NCBI GenBank assembly: GCA_963704165.1 | Contig: CAVPHD010000012.1 | Span: 96,001 to 160,000 of the forward strand | Source: an uncultured delta proteobacterium | Lineage (GTDB): Bacteria > Myxococcota_A > UBA9160 > SZUA-336 | DNA length: 64,000 nt | Direction: 5' to 3' | In this document: piece by piece, positions 30,025-40,137 of the stretch | Layout: every line of letters starts with the position of its first letter | How positions within the stretch are numbered: the first letter of the stretch is position 1 | Notes under the pieces: generated by a model | What the model was told of the DNA's origin: nothing | The model's input: the letters and a program-made list of their open reading frames with translations, nothing else | Databases searched by the model: none | Made by a program: the position numbers and the translations under genes

Positions 30025-31047
30025 TCAGTGCTCGTCGTAGGCGTCGTGCCAGCGCTCGCGATCGAGGAATGCGCCGCGCTCCGCGGCGAGCAAGAGCGCG
30101 CGATCGATGTCGAAGACGTACGGCCCCGATCGCTCGACACGCAGTCGAGCCTCCTGACCGGGCTTCAAGCTGCGCTCGCGATCGCCGTCGAAGGCGAGGA
30201 CGCCAGGCCCGCGCAGGACGATCGTCTCACCGAGCGCGATCACGCGCGAGCCCTTCACGTTCACGCGTCGATACAGCCCGGCGGAAACCGGCGCGAGCAG
30301 CACGCGCCCGGGCGCACCCGGCGCCGCGGTCTGCACCAGCAGTCCGGAATCGTCGGCGGCGCCGACGGGGTGCAGGAGACCGCCGATCGGCGACATCCCG
30401 ATTCCCGCGGGCTCCGCACGCGCGAGAACCAGCGCGCGCAGCTTCTCGGGCTCGAACGGCATCAGGTTTCCGATGTGGTCGTCGACGAGAAACGCCGCGT
30501 CCACGAGCGCCATGTCGGGACGCTCGCCGTCGATCTCGATGCGCACGCACTTCGATCTTCGCGAGACTTCGTCGAGTGCGACGATGCCGGCCGCGACCAG
30601 TCCCGCGGCTGCGCCCGCGATGGTCGGCTCGACGAGTCGCGGGAAGACGTTGTTCGTGCCGGTCGAGAGCGGAACGAGCGGCGCGTCCGGCCAGACGCGC
30701 GCGATCGCGCGATTCGTGCCGTCACCTCCGAGCACGACGAGCGCAGCGCAGCCCGCTTTGCGCATGGCCTCGGCCGCGCGCACGGTGTCGTTCGCGTCGA
30801 GCCGGGCGTCGACGTCGATCACCTCGAGACTCGCGTCGATCTCGAGGTTCTCGATCGCCGAGGTCGAGACTCGAAACGGCTCCTTCATGACGAGCACGCG
30901 CTTCGCGCCGGCCGCGACCGCACCGATCACGATCCGCGCGACCTGGTTGCGTTTGCTCTGCGGTGTCGACGTGTCCGCGCGCGCCGCAATGCGGCGGACG
31001 TCCCGGCCCGAGAGTGGATTCGCGATGATCCCGATGGGGCGCGTCAT
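30025..31047 (-). CDS. AcoX-like ATP-NAD kinase family protein
   Basis: GIIANPLSGRDVRR, LGGDGTNR, LSTGTNNVFP, AFDGDRE. Confidence 0.85.
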   Translation of the reverse strand: MTRPIGIIANPLSGRDVRRIAARADTSTPQSKRNQVARIVIGAVAAGAKRVLVMKEPFRVSTSAIENLEIDASLEVIDVDARLDANDTVRAAEAMRKAGCAALVVLGGDGTNRAIARVWPDAPLVPLSTGTNNVFPRLVEPTIAGAAAGLVAAGIVALDEVSRRSKCVRIEIDGERPDMALVDAAFLVDDHIGNLMPFEPEKLRALVLARAEPAGIGMSPIGGLLHPVGAADDSGLLVQTAAPGAPGRVLLAPVSAGLYRRVNVKGSRVIALGETIVLRGPGVLAFDGDRERSLKPGQEARLRVERSGPYVFDIDRALLLAAERGAFLDRERWHDAYDEH

Positions 31048-31123
31048 TTCAGGCGCGGAATCCTACCAGATCGATCGCTCCGCTCGCCGCGGTCGCGGCA
31101 TTCCTCCGCGTGCATCCCCGCGC

Positions 31124-33550
31124 TTAGTCCGGTTCGATGAGGCGCGAGATCGCGCGCCTAAGCTCCTCGCGCGTGAACGGTTTGGCGAGCACTCTCGCAC
31201 CGCCAGGGAGCGATGTCGCCCCCGTACTCGGGATCTCCGCGTACCCGGTCATCAGCACGACGTACAGATCGGGCCACCGCTCGCGCAGTCCGCGGGACAG
31301 CTCGAGCCCGGTCTGCCCGGGCATCATGTAGTCGCTGATCAGCACGTCGAACTTCGTCTGCGACCTCTCGACGAGTTCGAGCGCCTCTTCGGCGCTGGAC
31401 GCAGGCGTGACGACATGACCGAAGTTCCGGAGCATGATCGCGAGCAATCCGCGCACCGAAGCATCGTCCTCGACCAGAAGAACCGAGGCTCCCGGGCCGG
31501 CGGGTCCGGACCTCGGAACGGTGGGGCGCGCTGGGATCTCCGCCCGGGACTCCGAGGCGGGAAAGCTGGCTTCGACGCGCGTGCCCAGGCCCGGCGCGCT
31601 TTCGAGCGAGATCGATCCGCCGCTCTGCCGCACGATCCCGTAGACCATCGACAGCCCGATCCCGGTTCCTTCTCCCGGCGGCTTGGTCGTGAAGAACGGC
31701 TCGAACGCTCGCGCGCGGGTCGCCTCGTCCATCCCGTGACCCGTGTCCGACACGCATAAGTGTACGAGTCGACCGCTCGGATCGCATCGCGTCTCGATCC
31801 GCAGCGTACCGTGCTCCGGCATGGCATCGCGAGCGTTGAGTGTCAGGTTGAGCAGCATCTGATCGAGCTGCGCCGGGTCGATCTCGATCGCAGGCAGTGC
31901 GGGATCGAGCGTGAGCTCGATGCCGATTCTCTCCGGCAGCGACCCGCGCAGGATCGCCTCGAGTCCGCGAATCGCCGCGTTCAGATCGACGATGCCGGGC
32001 TGCGCGATCTTGTGTCGGGATAGCGCGAGAAGCTGGCGGGTCAGAGCCGCCGCTCGCGTAGTCGCCTCCGAGATCTCGTGCGCGGCCGTGGCGGCTTCAC
32101 CGGGGCCGAGCGACGTCTCGAGCACCGCCGCGTAGCCGCCGATCACCGTGAGCAGGTTGTTGAAGTCGTGCGCGACTCCACCCGCCAGACGTCCGATTGC
32201 CTCCATCTTCTGCGCCTGGCGAAGCTGTTCCTGGAGCGAGCGCTCCTCGGTGAGATCACGGGACTGCACGATCAACCGCACTTCGCCTTTGGCATTCGAG
32301 TATCGAACGACGGAGCTGCCGAGCCAGACGACTCCTCCGTCGGGGAGGATGGACCGGTACAAAAGGTACCTCGGCACACCGTCCAAAGCCGTCTGAGTGA
32401 ACCGTCGCTCGCACTGCTCTCGGTCGTCGGGGTGGATCAGGTCGAACCGTCTTCGCGAGCGGTACTCCTCGACGTCGATGCCCAGCATCTCGTAGACCCG
32501 CCGGTTCGCGAAGACGATCTCCCCCGATGCGTCGAACTCGCGGATCATGTCCGGAGCGTTCTCGGCCAGGAGCCGGTAGCGCTCTTCGCTCTCGCGAAGT
32601 GCCGCCTCGGTCCGCCGCTGCTCGGTCACGTCGCGGGCCACGGTGACCACGCGTCTGCGACCTTTGGCATCGACATAGGCCGCCGCGGTCGCTTCGAGAA
32701 AGCCGGGCTTTCCGTTCGCACCGAAGGTGCGAAACACCGCGCGATCCGCGCCTCCGTTCTCTGCGAGCGTGCGGAGCTGACTCATGACCCGGGGTGCGTC
32801 GTCCGGGTGCATCCACGCATCGAGACTCTCGTTGCGGAACTCCGCGAGCGTCGCCCGGCCCGCGCCCGCGATCGCACTCGCATTCCCGTAGATCACGCGC
32901 GCGTCCGGGCCGAGCTCCAGGATCATGTCGGGAGCGTGATCGGCGATCGCGCGGAAGCGCGCAGCGCTCTCCCGCTCGCGCGCGCGCGAGCGATTCGCCT
33001 GATGCGCCGCGATCGAAACGATCGCGGCGATGCCGATGTAGACGGACGACTGCATCAGCCACATTCCCAAGGTCATCGATGGACCCCAGTTGGGAGGTGT
33101 CTGCATCTCTGCGCCGAAGAGCGTGAAGACCGGAAAGACCGAGACCGCGAGAACGCTGAGGACGACGGCGCCTCTCGGCCCCAGGAGCAACCCGGCGATC
33201 ACGATCGGGACCAGGAAGGACGAGATCACCGGCGACGCGGTACCCACAGTCACGAAAAACCCGATCGCGAGGACGGCCCACCCACCGATCACGAGCACCC
33301 AGGCGCTGACCTTGGCCCGTCCGAAGCGCAGCGGCACCAGCGAACTGACGACCGCGACGATCATCGCGACGGTGACGAGCGTGCGCGGTCGGGGGTCGGG
33401 CCTGAGGAACCAGATCACGAGCGCCTGTGCGGTGAGGGCTGGAACAAGGACTAGCCCCATTCCTTGAATGATCGAGGCGATCCGGCTCTCTTCCTCGTCG
33501 GGAAACTCGGGAGGAGCGAGCAGGCCGCGAAGTCGTGCCAGGAGCTGCAC
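31124..33550 (-). CDS. Membrane-bound hybrid sensor histidine kinase (TM-PAS-PAS-HisKA-HATPase-REC)
   Basis: [43 protein letters not shown], receiver LLVEDD...SDYMMP...KPF. Confidence 0.93.
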   Translation of the reverse strand: MQLLARLRGLLAPPEFPDEEESRIASIIQGMGLVLVPALTAQALVIWFLRPDPRPRTLVTVAMIVAVVSSLVPLRFGRAKVSAWVLVIGGWAVLAIGFFVTVGTASPVISSFLVPIVIAGLLLGPRGAVVLSVLAVSVFPVFTLFGAEMQTPPNWGPSMTLGMWLMQSSVYIGIAAIVSIAAHQANRSRARERESAARFRAIADHAPDMILELGPDARVIYGNASAIAGAGRATLAEFRNESLDAWMHPDDAPRVMSQLRTLAENGGADRAVFRTFGANGKPGFLEATAAAYVDAKGRRRVVTVARDVTEQRRTEAALRESEERYRLLAENAPDMIREFDASGEIVFANRRVYEMLGIDVEEYRSRRRFDLIHPDDREQCERRFTQTALDGVPRYLLYRSILPDGGVVWLGSSVVRYSNAKGEVRLIVQSRDLTEERSLQEQLRQAQKMEAIGRLAGGVAHDFNNLLTVIGGYAAVLETSLGPGEAATAAHEISEATTRAAALTRQLLALSRHKIAQPGIVDLNAAIRGLEAILRGSLPERIGIELTLDPALPAIEIDPAQLDQMLLNLTLNARDAMPEHGTLRIETRCDPSGRLVHLCVSDTGHGMDEATRARAFEPFFTTKPPGEGTGIGLSMVYGIVRQSGGSISLESAPGLGTRVEASFPASESRAEIPARPTVPRSGPAGPGASVLLVEDDASVRGLLAIMLRNFGHVVTPASSAEEALELVERSQTKFDVLISDYMMPGQTGLELSRGLRERWPDLYVVLMTGYAEIPSTGATSLPGGARVLAKPFTREELRRAISRLIEPD

Positions 33551-33582
33551 GAGCCAGAGACTAACAGCCCGTCGCGCCTCGG

Positions 33583-34359
33583 TCAGTCACCGGCGAGTGA
33601 CAAAAAGCGCTCCAACATCGCATTCACCTGATCGGGGACTTCGAGCTGGTGAAAGTGCCCCGCGCCCGCGGTCTGCGCGGTCTGAAGATGCGTGCAGAGC
33701 GTGCGGAACCGGATCCGGTCGGCAACCGGGGCCTCGGCGTCGATCAGGAGCGCGGGAACCCGGCAGGCGCGCGCGGCACTCTCGCTGTCGAAGGCGAACA
33801 GATTCCGGAAGGCGGAGTGCATGACGTGCTGCGGCGTCGCGCACATCGCCTCGACGATCCGCTCCCTTCGAGCAGCGTCGTCGGTCGGCGAGAAGAGACG
33901 GTCGCGCATGAAGCCGGCGGCGATTCCGAGATGTCCGGGCCCGCCGAGCGCGTCGATGAACGGCCGGATGGACTTGCGCACGACCTCGGGCACGACCACG
34001 GCCGGGTCACAGAGCGCGATCGCACGCGGAAGTCCCGGATGCCGAACGGCGGTCGCGAGCGCGACCGCGCCTCCCAGGCTGTGACCGACGAGCGCCGGTC
34101 TCTCGATGCCGAGCTCGCCGCAGAGCCAGGCGAGATCGTCGGCGAAACCCTCGATCGTGTACTCCTGCTCGGGCTTGTCGCTCGAGCCGAAACCCCGCTG
34201 GTCGATCGACACGACCCGGTGTCGGGTCGAGAAGTACGCCGCCTGCGGCGCGAAGTAGCTCGAGTCGCAACACCAGCCGTGGATGAAGACGATCGGCGCG
34301 GCGCCCGTGCCAGCTTCCTCGTAACAGATTCTCACACCGTCGCGAACGAGGTTCTTCAT
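33583..34359 (-). CDS. Alpha/beta hydrolase
   Basis: FIHGW, DQRGFGSS, GHSLGG, AGHFHQLEVP. Confidence 0.9.
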   Translation of the reverse strand: MKNLVRDGVRICYEEAGTGAAPIVFIHGWCCDSSYFAPQAAYFSTRHRVVSIDQRGFGSSDKPEQEYTIEGFADDLAWLCGELGIERPALVGHSLGGAVALATAVRHPGLPRAIALCDPAVVVPEVVRKSIRPFIDALGGPGHLGIAAGFMRDRLFSPTDDAARRERIVEAMCATPQHVMHSAFRNLFAFDSESAARACRVPALLIDAEAPVADRIRFRTLCTHLQTAQTAGAGHFHQLEVPDQVNAMLERFLSLAGD

Positions 34360-34811
34360 AGCCAGTCCAGATCCTCCCAGAAGACCGCGAGAAGCTCCGT
34401 GTCACTCGAGATCGTCCAGGACTCGAGAACGTCCTGGTCGATCATGAGGTAGGCACCTGCGAACGATCCACGGACGTCGATCTCTCGACGTGTCTTCGCA
34501 ACGGACAGCCGGGCCTCGATCGCCCGATTCAGCTCGTCCCGCGCAAGCGGCTCGCAGAGCGCGTTCCCGACGATCGGCTCGAACCGCTCCGGTACGCCCG
34601 CGCGCTCGAGCCAGACGCGGAGCGCGTGGGCCCAGAACTCGAACTCCGTCGTGAACCCGCGGATCGGCGCGCGAAGCCAGGTCATGCGTTGCTGCGTCCC
34701 GGTCGCGCGGAAGTCCTCGGGCAGGAGCGCGTCGCAGACGAAGCCTGAGAATGGATGCGCGCGTGCGTCTTCGACGATTCTGCGCAAGACGCTCGTCGGC
34801 TGAATGCTCAT
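34356..34811 (-). CDS. Hypothetical protein
   Basis: 151-aa ORF with protein-like composition; ATGA overlap with the hydrolase gene; no recognised motif. Confidence 0.6.
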   Translation of the reverse strand: MSIQPTSVLRRIVEDARAHPFSGFVCDALLPEDFRATGTQQRMTWLRAPIRGFTTEFEFWAHALRVWLERAGVPERFEPIVGNALCEPLARDELNRAIEARLSVAKTRREIDVRGSFAGAYLMIDQDVLESWTISSDTELLAVFWEDLDWL

Positions 34812-34878
34812 CTCGGTCGGGCACGGTACCACGGGTCGCGCCTTCCCTCGACCGCTTCGTTCGCGGTAGAGTCGCGCG

Positions 34879-36051
34879 ATGCAGAGCGGCTGGGATCCGT
34901 CGAAGATCGATCTCTCGCTCGACTCGCGCGCGGTCACGTTCGAGAATCCGACCGGCGCGCGCGGCGCGGGCGGAACGGCCTTCGGCGGCCGCAAGGGCGC
35001 GCCGATGCGCGAGCTCGCGCCCGGCGAGAAAGTCGTGCTCGCCGATCTCGAGGGTCCGGGCACGATCCGGCACGTGTGGATGACCTTTCCACCCGCGCGA
35101 CCGGAATGGATGCGCGCGCTCGTGCTCGAGGTCTTCTACGACGGCGCGAGCGAACCGTCGATCTCGGTGCCGTGCCTGGACTTCTTCGGCCTTCCGCACG
35201 GACGGCCCGCACACTACGTGTCGGCGCTCACCGCCGCGCAACAGGGCCGCGGCTTCAACGCATACCTGCCCATTCCGTTCCACCGTCGAATTCGCATCGA
35301 GCTCACGAACGGCGCCGCGCGCCCGATGTACCTCTACTACCAGCTCGACTACACGCTCGAACGACAGCTCTCTCCCGACACCGGACTGCTCCACGTCTCG
35401 TTCCGCCGCGAGAACCCGACGCGCCTTCGCGAGGACTTCACGATCGCGAAGGGACTGCGCGGGCCTGGGCGATATCTCGGCTGCAGCGTCGGAATCCGAC
35501 CGCTTCCCGCCGACCACTTCACCTGGTACGGGGAGGGCGAGCTGAAGATCTATCGAGACGGCGACACCACCCACCCGACGATCTGCGGCACCGGCCTCGA
35601 GGACTACGTCGGCACGGCCTGGGGCATGGGCCAGCACTTCGCGCTCTACGGCGGTGTACCGCTCGAAGTGCGCGCGCCCGACGGTCCCGCGATCCCCGAG
35701 TTCACGAGCTTCTACCGCTGGCACGTGCTCGATCCCGTCGTCTTCGAGCGGGAGCTCCGAGTCACCATCCAGCAGATCGGGTACGTGATCGTGCCGAAGA
35801 GCGCCGAGGCCGGGTTCGAGAGCTTCGCGCGCGCGACCCCGGCCGCGGGCCGCGGGTGGCTGCGCGACAACCCCGCCCTCGCGGCGCACGGCCTCGGCGA
35901 ACGCGTGGACGACTACTGCGCGACCGCCTACGTGTACTGCCGCGAAGCCCAGCCGGTGCCGAGGCTCGATCTCGCGGAGGCGACGGCGGACATCGAGCGA
36001 CGTCCGTTCGAGAGCAAGTCGGATCCGAAGCAGGTTCTCGGCGTCGTCTGA
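34879..36051 (+). CDS. DUF2961 / glycoside hydrolase family 172 protein
   Basis: FENPTGARGAGG, GPGTIRHVWMT, WYGEGELKIY, GTGLEDY, FYRWHVLDPV. Confidence 0.88.
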   Translation: MQSGWDPSKIDLSLDSRAVTFENPTGARGAGGTAFGGRKGAPMRELAPGEKVVLADLEGPGTIRHVWMTFPPARPEWMRALVLEVFYDGASEPSISVPCLDFFGLPHGRPAHYVSALTAAQQGRGFNAYLPIPFHRRIRIELTNGAARPMYLYYQLDYTLERQLSPDTGLLHVSFRRENPTRLREDFTIAKGLRGPGRYLGCSVGIRPLPADHFTWYGEGELKIYRDGDTTHPTICGTGLEDYVGTAWGMGQHFALYGGVPLEVRAPDGPAIPEFTSFYRWHVLDPVVFERELRVTIQQIGYVIVPKSAEAGFESFARATPAAGRGWLRDNPALAAHGLGERVDDYCATAYVYCREAQPVPRLDLAEATADIERRPFESKSDPKQVLGVV

Positions 36052-36052
36052 C

Positions 36053-37483
36053 TCAGCCCGCCGCTCTGCGACGCTCCGCCAGCTCGAGCTGGATCTCGAC
36101 GACGCGTGCAGCGGTCAGCGAGTAACGGACCAGGAAGACGAACGCGATCAGCCCGAGCAGGAAGATCCCCGGTCCGTACAGGATGCCGAGATGCCGCACG
36201 ACCTCGGGCGCGACCTGTCCCGGAACGGCTTTCTCTGGGAACGCGATCAGGTCGATCGCGACGCCGGCGATCAGGTGACCGAGGCCGGACGAGGCCTTGC
36301 CCGAGAACGCGATCGCGCCGAAGAAGATGCCCTCTTGTCGCCGGCCGGTGTCGAACTCGTGCTCATCGACGAGGTCGGCCATCATCGACCCGGCCGCGAT
36401 CAGCGCCGCGGCACCGCCGAACGCGGCGAGAAACCCGCAGAGCGATAGCAGAGCGATGCTGAGACCGCTCTGCTCCTTCGCGGGCCAGAACTCGGCGAGC
36501 TTCAGCAAGAGCGGGAGCATGGCGAAGATCGCGAAGACGAGCGTACCGACGAGGAACGTCGGTTTCTTGTCGAGTCTTCGCGAAGCCAGCGTCCAGAACG
36601 GCACACCGAGCACGAGTCCCGCCACGCTGATCACGCCGACGATCAGGATCTGCTGCGTCGTGAGCTCCCAGAAGTGCGTCGACACGTGCAGGCCGAGTTC
36701 CATCTGCACACCTCGCATCACGAAGAACACGAGAACGCCGACGAAGAGCGAGCGGAACGACGGACTCGCGAGCGCGTCTCGAAGCTCGCTCGCGAGCCGC
36801 TTCAGGTTGAACGCACCGTGGGCGTGCAGAGGCTCGAGCAGATGTCGGATTCGCGAATGCGTACCTGCCGCCGACACGAGAACGACGATCACCGACGCGG
36901 CGGCGAAGAACATCGCGTAGGCCGGATACGCGCTCGGGTTCAGCTGACCCGTCGGGAACTCGGGCGTCGCACGCATGAAGAGGCCGAGTCCGAGCGTGAG
37001 CGTGATGAGCCCGCCCAGAACGCCGAAGACCGTGCGATAGCCGACGATCGCGGTGCGCTCGTGGTAGTCGGCGGTCAGCTCGGCACCGAGTGCGTTGTGC
37101 GGAACCAGGTAGGCGGCCATGGTCGCGCGCACCGCGACGGCCGTCACCGTCAGCCAGACGAAGAGCCCCGTCTGTCCGAGTCCCTCGGGCGGCACGAACA
37201 GCAGGTAGAACGTGATCCCGAACGGGATGGCCGCGGCGTACATGAACGGGTGGCGGCGTCCCCATCTGGATTTGTTCGCGTCCGAGAGCGATCCGATCAT
37301 CGGATCGATGATCGCGTCGAAGATCAGCGCGATCGCGGTCGCCAGACCCGCGAGCGTGCCCGAGAGCCCGAGCACCTGGTTGTAGTAGAAGAAAAGGAAC
37401 GTCTCGAAGGAGCTGTTCTTGAAGCCTTCGCCGAGCTGTCCGATTCCGTACGCGAGCTTGGTGGTGAGGTGCAGCTTTGACAC
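36053..37483 (-). CDS. MFS glycoside-pentoside-hexuronide (GPH/MelB-like) transporter
   Basis: DAIIDPMIGSLSD..KSRWGRRHPFM, ELTADYHERT, DEHEFDTGRRQEGIFF. Confidence 0.9.
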   Translation of the reverse strand: MSKLHLTTKLAYGIGQLGEGFKNSSFETFLFFYYNQVLGLSGTLAGLATAIALIFDAIIDPMIGSLSDANKSRWGRRHPFMYAAAIPFGITFYLLFVPPEGLGQTGLFVWLTVTAVAVRATMAAYLVPHNALGAELTADYHERTAIVGYRTVFGVLGGLITLTLGLGLFMRATPEFPTGQLNPSAYPAYAMFFAAASVIVVLVSAAGTHSRIRHLLEPLHAHGAFNLKRLASELRDALASPSFRSLFVGVLVFFVMRGVQMELGLHVSTHFWELTTQQILIVGVISVAGLVLGVPFWTLASRRLDKKPTFLVGTLVFAIFAMLPLLLKLAEFWPAKEQSGLSIALLSLCGFLAAFGGAAALIAAGSMMADLVDEHEFDTGRRQEGIFFGAIAFSGKASSGLGHLIAGVAIDLIAFPEKAVPGQVAPEVVRHLGILYGPGIFLLGLIAFVFLVRYSLTAARVVEIQLELAERRRAAG

Positions 37484-37532
37484 GCGCGCATTCTAGGTGA
37501 ACGGCTCAGGCAGCGTCGGGACCGCGTCTTCC

Positions 37533-38324
37533 CTACTTGGGCGGGATGAACTGCTTGAAGAGCGGAACCAGGTTCGGGCCCTTGCGAATCGTGTGACCGC
37601 CGTCGACGGCGATGAGCTGGCCCGTGATCCAGCTCGCCTCGTCGGAGAGAAGGAACGCGACCAGCCGGCCCACGTCTTCGGGCTCGCCGATGCGCGAGAT
37701 CGGCATCAGCGACAGGTACTCGTCGCGAGAGATGGGGACCGTGGCGAGCGCAGCTGCCAGGGGTGTGTGCACGATGCCCGGAAGAACCGAGTTCACGCGG
37801 ATCCGGTGCTCGCCGAGCTCGTCGGCGGCGCAGCGCGTCAGCATGTCGAGGCCGGCCTTCGAGACGCAGTACGAGCTCATCCACGGGTGCGTGAGCGCGC
37901 CGGCGATCGAGCTGATGTTCACGATGCTGCCGCCGCCGGCCTCGACCATCGCGCGCGCCTCGGCACGCGTGCATCGGAACGCGCCGGTGAGATTCGTCGC
38001 GAGCACGCGCTCGAACTCCTCCGTCGTCGTCTGCAGCAGCGGCCCGGCGGCTCCGATTCCCGCGCAGTTCACCGCGACGTGGAGCGCGCCGAAGCGCCGC
38101 ACCGTCGCCTCGACCGCGGCGTCGACCGACTTGTCGTCGGTGACGTCGCACGCCACCCAGGCGGCGTTCGGACCGAGGGCCTCCGCCGCCTCGCGCAGCG
38201 TGTCCTCGCGGCGGGCGCAGATCATCACCTTCCCCCCGGAGGCGACGATCGTCTGCGCGCAGGCGAAGCCGATCCCCGTCGCACCCGCCGTTACGAACGC
38301 GACCTTTCCCGATAGATCCGGCAT
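37533..38324 (-). CDS. SDR family oxidoreductase
   Basis: TAGATGIG, VNCAG, YCVSK, RVNSVLPG, ITGQLIAVDGG. Confidence 0.92.
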   Translation of the reverse strand: MPDLSGKVAFVTAGATGIGFACAQTIVASGGKVMICARREDTLREAAEALGPNAAWVACDVTDDKSVDAAVEATVRRFGALHVAVNCAGIGAAGPLLQTTTEEFERVLATNLTGAFRCTRAEARAMVEAGGGSIVNISSIAGALTHPWMSSYCVSKAGLDMLTRCAADELGEHRIRVNSVLPGIVHTPLAAALATVPISRDEYLSLMPISRIGEPEDVGRLVAFLLSDEASWITGQLIAVDGGHTIRKGPNLVPLFKQFIPPK

Positions 38325-38398
38325 CCGCTCCCCCCTTGATGTGAAGTCGTCGGCTTCGATTCTAGCCCGGTGAGCGCGAGCCGGAGCCTCACGGCCGC

Positions 38399-39568
38399 CT
38401 AGCCTGCGATCGCGTCGAGCCCCGTCAGCTGCTTCCCGATGATCAGCGTGTGGATGTCGTGCGTGCCCTCGTAGGTCCGCACGGTCTCCAGGTTCACCAT
38501 GTGCCGCATCGAGCAGTAGTCGTCGACGATCCCGTTCGCGCCGAGCATGTCGCGCGCGAGCCGGGCGATCTGCAAGGCCATGTCCACGTTGTTCATCTTC
38601 GCCATCGACACCATCGCGTGTTGAAGCTTCCCCGCGTCCTTGAGCCGCCCGAGCTGGAGTGCGAGCAGCTGGGCTTTGGTGATCTCGGTCGCCATGAACG
38701 TGAGCTTCTGCTGCGGAATCTGAAGCGAGCCAAGTGGACGATCGAAGACGATTCGCTCCCGCGCGTAGTGGAGCGCCTCCGAGTAGCAGGCCTGCGCCGC
38801 GCCGATCGCCCCCCAGGCGATTCCGTAACGCGCTTGCGTCAGGCATCCGAGCGGCCCCTTCAATCCCTTCACCCCGGGCAATCGGTTCGCCTCCGGGACG
38901 CGGACATCGGACAGGAAGAGCTCGCTCGTGATCGAGCCGCGCAGCGAGAACTTCCCCTTCATGTCGCGCGCCTCGAAGCCGGGCGTGCCCGCTTCGACCA
39001 GGAAGCCCTGGATCTCGTCGTCGGTCTGCGCCCAGACGATCGCGACCTGCGCGACGCTGCCGTTCGTGATCCAACGCTTGGTGCCGTTCAGGACCCAGCC
39101 GTCGCCCGATCGCTTCGCGCGCGTCAGCATGCCACCGGGGTTCGAGCCGTAGTCGGGTTCGGTCAGTCCGAAGCAGCCGATCACGCGGCCCTCGGCCATC
39201 GGCGGCAGCCAGCGCTCCTTCTGCGCGTCCGTGCCGTACGCGTAGATCGGATACATGCACAGTCCGCCCTGCACGGACGCGAAGCTGCGCAGACCCGAGT
39301 CGCCACGCTCGAGCTCCTGCATGACCAGCCCGTACGCGACGTTGTTCATGCCGGCGCAGCCGTAGCCGTGAAGGTTCGCGCCGAACAGACCCAGCTCGGC
39401 CATCTTGGGCACGAGCTCCATCGGAAACGATCCGTCCTGCCGGACGTGAGCAATCACGACGGGCAGGAATTCCTTCTCTACGAACTCGCGAACCGTGTCG
39501 CGCACGATGCGCTCTTCGGGCTCGAGCGAGTCCTCGATCCGGTAGAAGTCGAGCGGCTCGAAAGACAT
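38399..39568 (-). CDS. gcdH: Glutaryl-CoA dehydrogenase-type acyl-CoA dehydrogenase
   Basis: ELERGDSGLRS, GCFGLTEPDYGSNPGGM, LTQARYGIAWG, RHMVNLETVRTYEGTHDIH. Confidence 0.85.
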   Translation of the reverse strand: MSFEPLDFYRIEDSLEPEERIVRDTVREFVEKEFLPVVIAHVRQDGSFPMELVPKMAELGLFGANLHGYGCAGMNNVAYGLVMQELERGDSGLRSFASVQGGLCMYPIYAYGTDAQKERWLPPMAEGRVIGCFGLTEPDYGSNPGGMLTRAKRSGDGWVLNGTKRWITNGSVAQVAIVWAQTDDEIQGFLVEAGTPGFEARDMKGKFSLRGSITSELFLSDVRVPEANRLPGVKGLKGPLGCLTQARYGIAWGAIGAAQACYSEALHYARERIVFDRPLGSLQIPQQKLTFMATEITKAQLLALQLGRLKDAGKLQHAMVSMAKMNNVDMALQIARLARDMLGANGIVDDYCSMRHMVNLETVRTYEGTHDIHTLIIGKQLTGLDAIAG

Positions 39569-39606
39569 CTGCGCCTCCGGAAGCGATGAGCTTCCGGAGG
39601 CGCGGA
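39568..39606 (-). promoter_or_regulatory. Inverted repeat occluding the gcdH ribosome-binding site
   Basis: GCGCCTCCGGAAGC (39571-39584) pairs perfectly with GCTTCCGGAGGCGC (39590-39603); on the minus strand the 3' arm contains GGAGG just before ATG 39568. Confidence 0.7.
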
Positions 39607-39608
39607 GA

Positions 39609-39980
39609 TCAGCCGGCTTCGCTGTGGTGAGCGCGCGAGGCCGACCGGCCCTCGGAGAGCTCGGAAAGCTGCTTCGAGATCTTGTTCATCCGCTTGTTCA
39701 GCTTCTCGATCTCGTGCTTCGAGGCAATACCAAAGACGTCGTAGATCTGCGAGCGACTCGAATCGACGCGGTGCTCGAGATCCTTCCGGGCGCTCTCGGC
39801 GCGCTTGTAGAGATCGCTCTCCTGAACGCGCACCTGCAGCTTCTCGGCGCGTTTCTTCACATCGCGCTCGAGCTTTCGACGCTGGTGGTCGAAGCGCTCG
39901 CGCAGATCCTGGAGCTGCTCGTCGAGGCTCTTGAGCGCGTCGTTGAATCGGTCGAACCCACTGCTTCGGGTCTGGGCCAT
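39609..39980 (-). CDS. Phasin-like (PhaF/PhaI-type) granule-associated coiled-coil protein
   Basis: Amphipathic helical body ending FGIASKHEIEKLNKRMNKISKQL; AAGGAGG RBS. Confidence 0.6.
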   Translation of the reverse strand: MAQTRSSGFDRFNDALKSLDEQLQDLRERFDHQRRKLERDVKKRAEKLQVRVQESDLYKRAESARKDLEHRVDSSRSQIYDVFGIASKHEIEKLNKRMNKISKQLSELSEGRSASRAHHSEAG

Positions 39981-40016
39981 TTCGATTTCCTCCTTGTTTC
40001 TCTCGGGACGACGCGG

Positions 40017-40044
40017 AAACTAACACGATGCGTCAGAGCGTCAA
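40017..40044 (-). promoter_or_regulatory. Predicted sigma70 promoter for phasin-gcdH
   Basis: TTGACG-N16-TAGTTT with extended TG in an AT-richer intergenic region. Confidence 0.55.
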
Positions 40045-40137
40045 GGGAGGATCTTTTCGTGTGTTTTTCGATAGTTGGACCCGGAATCGCCCTTCCGGCT
40101 CAGGCGATTACAACGCGCCGAGTCGTAACTCCACGGC

